IMG/VR virus record: IMGVR_UViG_3300021255_004427
Span: 160,102 to 224,101 of that record
DNA length: 64,000 bases
Reading direction: 5' to 3' (one strand)
From: a virus
Lineage: Duplodnaviria > Caudoviricetes
The notes under the pieces were generated by a model that was given only the letters and a program-made list of their open reading frames with translations, made no database searches and had not been told where the DNA came from. This document shows, one piece after another, positions 58,809-64,000 of this stretch. Each line of letters opens with the position of its first letter. Within the stretch, counting starts at the first letter, position 1. Made by a program: the position numbers and the translations under genes.

Positions 58809-59375
58809 TTAGGCCGCCGCTTTTCCCGGCGTCCAGATTTTACGCTGTTTATTGCCAACGATTTCGTCGATAATGCCATACTCAAGCGCTTCTTCGGCTG
58901 ACATCCAATGGTCGCGGAACGTATCGTTCTTATATTCTTCCGTCGTCTTACCACAGTTAAAAGCAATCATTTCGGCCAGAACATCGTTAAGACGTTCCGT
59001 CTCTTTCAAGCTAATAAGCATGTCCTGGACATTGCCTTGCATGCCGCTGGAAGCCTGATGAATCATCACTCGCGAATGCGGCAGCCCCATGCGCTTTGCG
59101 CCGCAGGAAAGAATTGCCGCGCCCATGCTCGCACACATATGCGTATTTACGGTAAATACCATGCTGCGAAGGCTGTTCATGGTGTCGATAATGGAAAGGC
59201 CAGCGCCGATTTCGCCACCTGGGCTGTTAATGTAGAGCCAGATTGGCTTCTGTCCTTCATCATCCATTGCCTGTAATTCACTGCACACCTCTGCTGCCAT
59301 TGCGCTGTTGATGTCGGTGTCAATGCGTACGATTCGATTATCGTAGAGTTTTTCTTTTACTTTGATTAGTACCAA
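58809..59375 (-). CDS. clpP: Clp protease proteolytic subunit ClpP
   Basis: LYINSPGG, CASMGA, MIHQ, RDHWMSAEEALEYGIID. Confidence 0.95.
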   Translation of the reverse strand: MVLIKVKEKLYDNRIVRIDTDINSAMAAEVCSELQAMDDEGQKPIWLYINSPGGEIGAGLSIIDTMNSLRSMVFTVNTHMCASMGAAILSCGAKRMGLPHSRVMIHQASSGMQGNVQDMLISLKETERLNDVLAEMIAFNCGKTTEEYKNDTFRDHWMSAEEALEYGIIDEIVGNKQRKIWTPGKAAA

Positions 59376-59419
59376 AACTATTGCCCCCTTTTATTGATGG
59401 AATTTGGAGTTAATAATAG

Positions 59420-59528
59420 CCCACCAATAAGAGGTGGGAAATGGAGATAAGGCGCGCCCGAAGGCGCAAGGAAAACAAGACAATGCACCCCGAAGGGGTG
59501 CGAAGGGCTCGAAGAGCCCAATTGCCTC
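59420..59528 (-). ncRNA. Candidate structured RNA (four hairpins, three-way junction) upstream of clpP
   Basis: GGGCUC-UUC-GAGCCC and GCACCCC-UUC-GGGGUGC closed by GAGGCAAU/AUUGUCUU; GCGCC-UUCG-GGCGC; CCCACC/GGUGGG. Confidence 0.5.
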
Positions 59529-60075
59529 ATTCTTCCTCGTTTTCCTCATTCTTTCTCTTTCGCTTCTTCGGCGGCGTATAGCCGGGAAGGAAGGAAAGAT
59601 TGAAAAGACGGAGGGATTTTGTGATTTGAATGGCAAGCTCCACCGAGATAGCGTTCCGAAGCTTTGCACTTCTTCGCGTGCCATCATTGGCAATCTCGGC
59701 AATAGAGCCCTCAACCTTAATACAGCCTTTGATACGCTGAGTTTCATCCATGATGGGGTTCCCGTCCAAATCCCTATCCGTATAGAAGATCAAGAGAGAA
59801 TACCCTTTCGTGTCCGACAAGTCCTGTATGAGCATCTTCTGGGCTGTCTTGGTATTGAGGACATACAGTTTTTCAAAAGTCTGTATATCTACTTCTTCAG
59901 CTACCTTACGCCAGTAGCCAAGAACTACTGTCGCTTCTCCGCTTGTGTTGGCGTCTATAGCCTCCGGAAATTTTTTCCAGTCGATAAGCTTATCTACTGT
60001 ATCAGCCCCGCATACATATTCTGTTTTGGGGCAATTTTCAGTATCGGCTTTATCGATTTTGAAAACATCAAACAA
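59527..60075 (-). CDS. Hypothetical protein
   Basis: RBS AGGTGG, 182-aa ORF. Confidence 0.6.
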   Translation of the reverse strand: MFDVFKIDKADTENCPKTEYVCGADTVDKLIDWKKFPEAIDANTSGEATVVLGYWRKVAEEVDIQTFEKLYVLNTKTAQKMLIQDLSDTKGYSLLIFYTDRDLDGNPIMDETQRIKGCIKVEGSIAEIANDGTRRSAKLRNAISVELAIQITKSLRLFNLSFLPGYTPPKKRKRKNEENEEE

Positions 60076-60094
60076 TATGTATCCACCTTACCTT

Positions 60095-60724
60095 TTAGGA
60101 GAGGATTGTTACTTTAGCTGTGCGCCGGCCAATTTTATTGGCCAGACTATCCGCGCCTTCACCGGCAAACAAATCAATGATATTGCCTTTGATGGCGCCG
60201 CCAGTATCGCATGCTGTATAAACACCGTTATACTGACGCATTTCTTCATCCTTGAAGTTGATTCTTACTTTTGAGCCTAATGGAATCACTCTTGGGTCTA
60301 CTGCAATAGCTCTTGCTGATTCCAGTGTATGACCGGCAAGATTTGTGCCATTGGCTGTTATGCCGTAGCCGGGGTGACTTGCGCCTTTATTACAGTCGCT
60401 TTCAGATAAGGTATATGCTGTCACTTCTACCTCAAAATCGCCTGAGTATCCCCTATTTACTTCCCGGCGGAGTTCCTCTATCGTTTCCTTAAGAGATTCA
60501 TTTTCTCTTTGCAAACCTTGGTTCTGGTTCTGCAGGTCGCCGATTTGCTTGCGATACTCCTGAACCGATGCCGTATACACATCTGCCTCTTCTTTAGCCT
60601 GGGAAGCAATCACTGCTGCTTCTGCTTTGGCTTTAGTGCCGGCATGATATGTGTATGCGCCGCCCGCCATAATACTCATCAGTACAATTCCTGCAGATAC
60701 CTTCTTAATCGTTTTACTGTTCAT
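60095..60724 (-). CDS. 3D-domain cell-wall protein with signal/TM and coiled coil
   Basis: VTAYT, GITANG, IAVDPRVIPLGSKV, DTGGAIKGNIIDLF. Confidence 0.9.
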   Translation of the reverse strand: MNSKTIKKVSAGIVLMSIMAGGAYTYHAGTKAKAEAAVIASQAKEEADVYTASVQEYRKQIGDLQNQNQGLQRENESLKETIEELRREVNRGYSGDFEVEVTAYTLSESDCNKGASHPGYGITANGTNLAGHTLESARAIAVDPRVIPLGSKVRINFKDEEMRQYNGVYTACDTGGAIKGNIIDLFAGEGADSLANKIGRRTAKVTILS

Positions 60725-60782
60725 TCTCGTCCTTCTTTCTCAGGCCGGAATTTAACCGGCCACACGCGTCAATACGGCAAAA

Positions 60783-61382
60783 TTAGATATCGAGCTGTAC
60801 AATAGCGTACACATTCTCGACGGGGATTTTCAGCCGTTCAGCTTCATCCCGCACATGTTTTTCAATAGCAGCTTTGTTGGGCTGTCCGGGTTCATCGCAG
60901 CTTTCAAAATCGAAGCAGCCTAAAATATTTTCCTTGCCGCATGCTGCAAGGGTAGGCTCACCGTCAATCTGTACAGCTGTTTTGGTGCCGGCTGCTTTAT
61001 TACGGATATCCATAAGAAGCGTGGTATCATCCGTGAAGAATGCTTCAGTATAACCATCTTCCAGTGAATCACGATAAACCAGCGCGGTTTCGCCTTCTTC
61101 CACAACGATTGTCCCCTGATAGGTGTACTGTGATTTTGAACGTAGGTCGCTGCCGGTCTTATATACGATTACAGCGAAGGGGCCTTCCATACGATCATGT
61201 TTCAAGGCTTTTGGCGCGCTTTTCTTGTAACGCACCTCGTTATCCTTGATGGTATAATGCTTTTCGCCATGAGCATCATAGCGCTGCGCAACCTTCTTGA
61301 TTTTAAGCATTTCACGCAGTTTACGCTGTTCAATCTCAAATTTAGATGGTTTCGGAAGCAATGGGTTAAGTTCGATTTTCAA
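60783..61382 (-). CDS. Hypothetical protein
   Basis: 199-aa ORF in operon orientation. Confidence 0.6.
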   Translation of the reverse strand: MKIELNPLLPKPSKFEIEQRKLREMLKIKKVAQRYDAHGEKHYTIKDNEVRYKKSAPKALKHDRMEGPFAVIVYKTGSDLRSKSQYTYQGTIVVEEGETALVYRDSLEDGYTEAFFTDDTTLLMDIRNKAAGTKTAVQIDGEPTLAACGKENILGCFDFESCDEPGQPNKAAIEKHVRDEAERLKIPVENVYAIVQLDI

Positions 61383-61424
61383 GTTCTTACACCGCTTTCT
61401 CTTTTTTTGAAGTATTCAATTGTC

Positions 61425-61979
61425 TTAAGCCCCTTTAAGAAGAAGCTTAGTGAATTCGTCGAAGTGGCTCTCTGTATCTGGAGTATTTAATTCCATCCAT
61501 TTGTCTGTGTCTACATCCAAAGCGTATGTGCAATACTTGCGCATAACATTGAACCTGTATGGCTTGTATTCAAAGTCTCCAGTTTTATGGTTCATTACAA
61601 ACCGTTTTTGGTTGATGACAATTATAGCCACATTTCTGTGTCTTGCTATACGCTTTAGGTTCGACATGAAGTACCACAAATCCCCGCGAACATAGGTTAC
61701 GTCGTCAATCACAACAATATCTAGATACTTGCAGGCCATATCCATTAAAGCAAGCTCGTGATCGTTGTTGATGTCGAATGAGAACCATATGTTATTTTCC
61801 TTAATTGCGGCTTCCCCAAGCTTACTGGCTGCGTCTATAAAGTATGCAAGTGCTCCTTGTCGCGTTTGCATTTCCCTTATATATGACAATATGCCGCTTG
61901 TTTTGCCGGAATTAGGAGAGCCGTGGACTTCCGTTACATGCCCCTTCAGACTATTGATGTCAGGAAGCATTTTTGCCAC
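61425..61979 (-). CDS. Minimal RecA-fold P-loop ATPase (RadB-like)
   Basis: GHVTEVHGSPNSGKTS, YFIDA, IVVIDD, IIVINQ. Confidence 0.75.
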   Translation of the reverse strand: MAKMLPDINSLKGHVTEVHGSPNSGKTSGILSYIREMQTRQGALAYFIDAASKLGEAAIKENNIWFSFDINNDHELALMDMACKYLDIVVIDDVTYVRGDLWYFMSNLKRIARHRNVAIIVINQKRFVMNHKTGDFEYKPYRFNVMRKYCTYALDVDTDKWMELNTPDTESHFDEFTKLLLKGA

Positions 61980-61986
61980 CTCTCGT

Positions 61987-62051
61987 TTTACTTCTTACAT
62001 GTTTTGTTTTTTTGATAAGCCTATTATAACGTAAGTAGTGCCGTGCGTCAA
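61987..62051 (-). promoter_or_regulatory. Sigma-A promoter plus operator-like 21-mer copy B
   Basis: TTGACG-17-TATAAT (62051-62023); 21-mer at 61987-62007 lies between promoter and start codon. Confidence 0.7.
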
Positions 62052-62200
62052 GAGTTGGATGTTTTCTTTACTTTTCTGATGCCAGCATATAAACTGCTGA
62101 CAAATACGGCTGCAGCCACCGCACAAAACGATGCCACAGCCACAAAAACTATTCCAACAGCAGAGCTACAAACGTATATAGCTTTTCTTCGATTAAGCAC
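62048..62200 (-). CDS. 50-aa single-pass membrane protein (not in ORF track)
   Basis: GGAG RBS, GTG overlapping the thyX stop; MLNRRKAIYVCSSAVGIVFVAVASFCAVAAAVFVSSLYAGIRKVKKTSNS. Confidence 0.55.
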   Translation of the reverse strand: MLNRRKAIYVCSSAVGIVFVAVASFCAVAAAVFVSSLYAGIRKVKKTSNS

Positions 62201-62909
62201 TCTTTTTCTCCAGCAATCGATATGCCCTTCTAAGGTCTTCCATTGTAGGTTCCTTGCCGCAGGTCATTGTACCTTCCGGGCAATAGCCTTTTACGCACTT
62301 CGGACCAGCATGGCGGAACAATACCGGCGCGGCTTCTTTACACAAACGCAGCATCTCATTGGCTACCTGCCTATGCTCTGCCTGTGCGCGTGTGCAACAG
62401 CGTTCGTTAAAATAATGCCAAAGCTGACGCACGTTCATGGTAACAATCATGCGTGTTTCGCATGAGTTCGGTAAAATGCTGCGGGCATCTTCGTTGGCGA
62501 TACCTACTTCTCTCATTTTATGATAAGCGTTCTTGATGTCAGCTTCGACGGAACGATATGCAATACGAGCCACGTCATTAGCTTTAATGGCGGGCGGCAT
62601 AATTGTCTCGAAATTTTCCTCCGAGCAATATCTCTGACTGCGAACAGAGAAGCTGGTGCCAACCCGATGCCTTGTAATCTGGGCCAAAAACGCGCGGCTT
62701 ACACCTTCAATAGCAAAGGTAAAAGAGGCATGTTCGAAAGGACTCCCGTGGCCATAGCTTTCCAGCTTGCCTACGAATTTTTCAACGTTATCCGGCGTGA
62801 GCGAATCCATAAGAGATTCGATATCGACTTTTTGCGAGTAGCAAAGCTTAGCCGCTGCCGCGACCACCTTTTCCGGTTCCGGCGTATGCGCTAAAAGCGT
62901 TACTTTCAT
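62193..62909 (-). CDS. thyX: FAD-dependent thymidylate synthase
   Basis: GHGSPFEH, RHRVGTSFSVRSQRY, EDARSILP. Confidence 0.95.
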   Translation of the reverse strand: MKVTLLAHTPEPEKVVAAAAKLCYSQKVDIESLMDSLTPDNVEKFVGKLESYGHGSPFEHASFTFAIEGVSRAFLAQITRHRVGTSFSVRSQRYCSEENFETIMPPAIKANDVARIAYRSVEADIKNAYHKMREVGIANEDARSILPNSCETRMIVTMNVRQLWHYFNERCCTRAQAEHRQVANEMLRLCKEAAPVLFRHAGPKCVKGYCPEGTMTCGKEPTMEDLRRAYRLLEKKSA

Positions 62910-62938
62910 TTAAGAAAATCTCTCCTTTTTCTAAAAAC

Positions 62939-63217
62939 TTATACCCCAACTCCGCCAAAAAGCGGGTTAATAACATCTATTACAATGGGCAGTCCATGAC
63001 CTTTTGAGCCAATGCAGTTATAGTCTACCCATTCCAGCGCATCCATTTCATCCATGCCTTCTTCCATCAGGCATTGAATCATGGTTGTTCTATCATATAT
63101 GGCGATTCCATCGGAGGAAACTCCGACGAATGCCTTGGAATAACTAGGATTTGTATATAAGATGGTCTCTTCAAAACCTGTTTCGATTAATGCGTCTTTT
63201 ACTTCCTGCTCTGTCAT
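62939..63217 (-). CDS. Hypothetical protein
   Basis: GGAGG RBS, 92-aa ORF. Confidence 0.65.
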   Translation of the reverse strand: MTEQEVKDALIETGFEETILYTNPSYSKAFVGVSSDGIAIYDRTTMIQCLMEEGMDEMDALEWVDYNCIGSKGHGLPIVIDVINPLFGGVGV

Positions 63218-63234
63218 ATACTCGGCCTCCAGGA

Positions 63235-63972
63235 TTAACGGTATCGGTTATTTCTGCTATATCCTTTGCTGTTGCTGCCGTTATTTGATTTACGTCTGCG
63301 CCACCACTTATAGAAAGCATAAATAACGCCGATAATGATAGCCCACTCAATCAGCCATACAAATAGGCCAAGAAGACCAGAAAACGGGGAATAAAATCCG
63401 CCCGCACCGGCCGGGGCATATCCGCCACCAAAATAACCAGGGGCACCGTTATAGACATGCCACGGAGAACTAAGCATCGAACCTAAGAACATGCCTGCAG
63501 CAAAGTGACCAATGCCGCCCCATCCGCTGCCGGTGTTATTATAATAGGAGTTATTGGCACCACCATACCATGGACGGGAATTTGCAGTATTGCTGATTGC
63601 CTGCTCCTTTTCCTGGGTTTGCCTAGATTTATAACCAGAGGTATTACCGCCAGCAGAAGTTACTTTGCCGCCGTCCTTTGTGCTATAAGAGCTACCGCTT
63701 GTAGATGAGCTTTCCTTTTTCTTGTAGCCATTTGTATTGCCACTGCTCTTGGAAGCGGGCTTGGATGCCGCTGGCTTGGAAGAAGACTTATAACCGGACG
63801 TATTACCTTTTACCGATGCTTTGGGCATAGACGTTTTTGGCGCCGAACTGCTTCGGCTGTAACCGGATGTCCGGCCGCCGCCAGAGCTCTTTGCCTCACT
63901 TACGTTACCAGCAATGATGCCGCAGCTGAAAACAGCCACGGCTAATGCTGCGATAATCTTTTTCTTCAGCAT
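63235..63972 (-). CDS. Exported Ser/Gly/Lys-rich membrane protein
   Basis: Signal peptide (..SEA/K), G(N/R)T(S/N)GY repeats, C-terminal TM followed by RRRK. Confidence 0.7.
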   Translation of the reverse strand: MLKKKIIAALAVAVFSCGIIAGNVSEAKSSGGGRTSGYSRSSSAPKTSMPKASVKGNTSGYKSSSKPAASKPASKSSGNTNGYKKKESSSTSGSSYSTKDGGKVTSAGGNTSGYKSRQTQEKEQAISNTANSRPWYGGANNSYYNNTGSGWGGIGHFAAGMFLGSMLSSPWHVYNGAPGYFGGGYAPAGAGGFYSPFSGLLGLFVWLIEWAIIIGVIYAFYKWWRRRKSNNGSNSKGYSRNNRYR

Positions 63973-64000
63973 TACACTTCCTCCACAATGAATTCGGAGA

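Noticed and set aside
59434-60117. 227-aa + strand ORF
   Set aside because: Antisense to an RBS-bearing - strand gene and runs through the hairpin cluster
1-64000. CRISPR array, tRNA or rRNA genes, IS elements; bacterial chromosome origin for gyrAB/clpPX/recA
   Set aside because: No repeat-spacer array, cloverleaf or transposase seen by eye (tRNAscan would be decisive); the housekeeping-like genes are divergent and interspersed with phage genes

Overview
The whole window reads as part of a large (probably jumbo-class, possibly temperate) bacteriophage of a Firmicute host. A diderm Negativicute host is my inference from the lysis genes. From 1 to 11.7 kb (+ strand) lies a late/virion region: two paralogous putative fibre/scaffold proteins interleaved with four AT-rich DUF285/BspA-like repeat proteins, a tail-fibre-like protein, an amidase plus GH25 lysis cassette and an R-S-E ADP-ribosyltransferase that overlaps a convergent ADP-ribosylglycohydrolase. 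From 12.7 to 16.1 kb is a control module (XRE repressor, tyrosine recombinase preceded by a perfect 24-bp inverted repeat). From 16.2 to 64 kb (- strand) are replication, recombination and host-takeover genes: RtcB, an SF2 helicase with an MTase-like partner, HU, DnaG, Gam, SNF2, PcrA, a DUF2997/DUF1257/Ycf46-AAA/radical-SAM cluster, Rad52-like protein, UDG-like protein, resolvase, RecA, gyrA, gyrB split by a group I intron carrying a LAGLIDADG endonuclease, SSB, ClpX/ClpP, a 3D-domain protein and ThyX. The most striking candidate novel system is an apparently split Big_2/Ig domain: the acidic first half ends the 2084 protein and a basic second half begins each of four different repeat proteins, suggesting plug-and-socket interchangeable receptor-binding heads. 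All family calls come from motif recognition by eye; no database searches were run.
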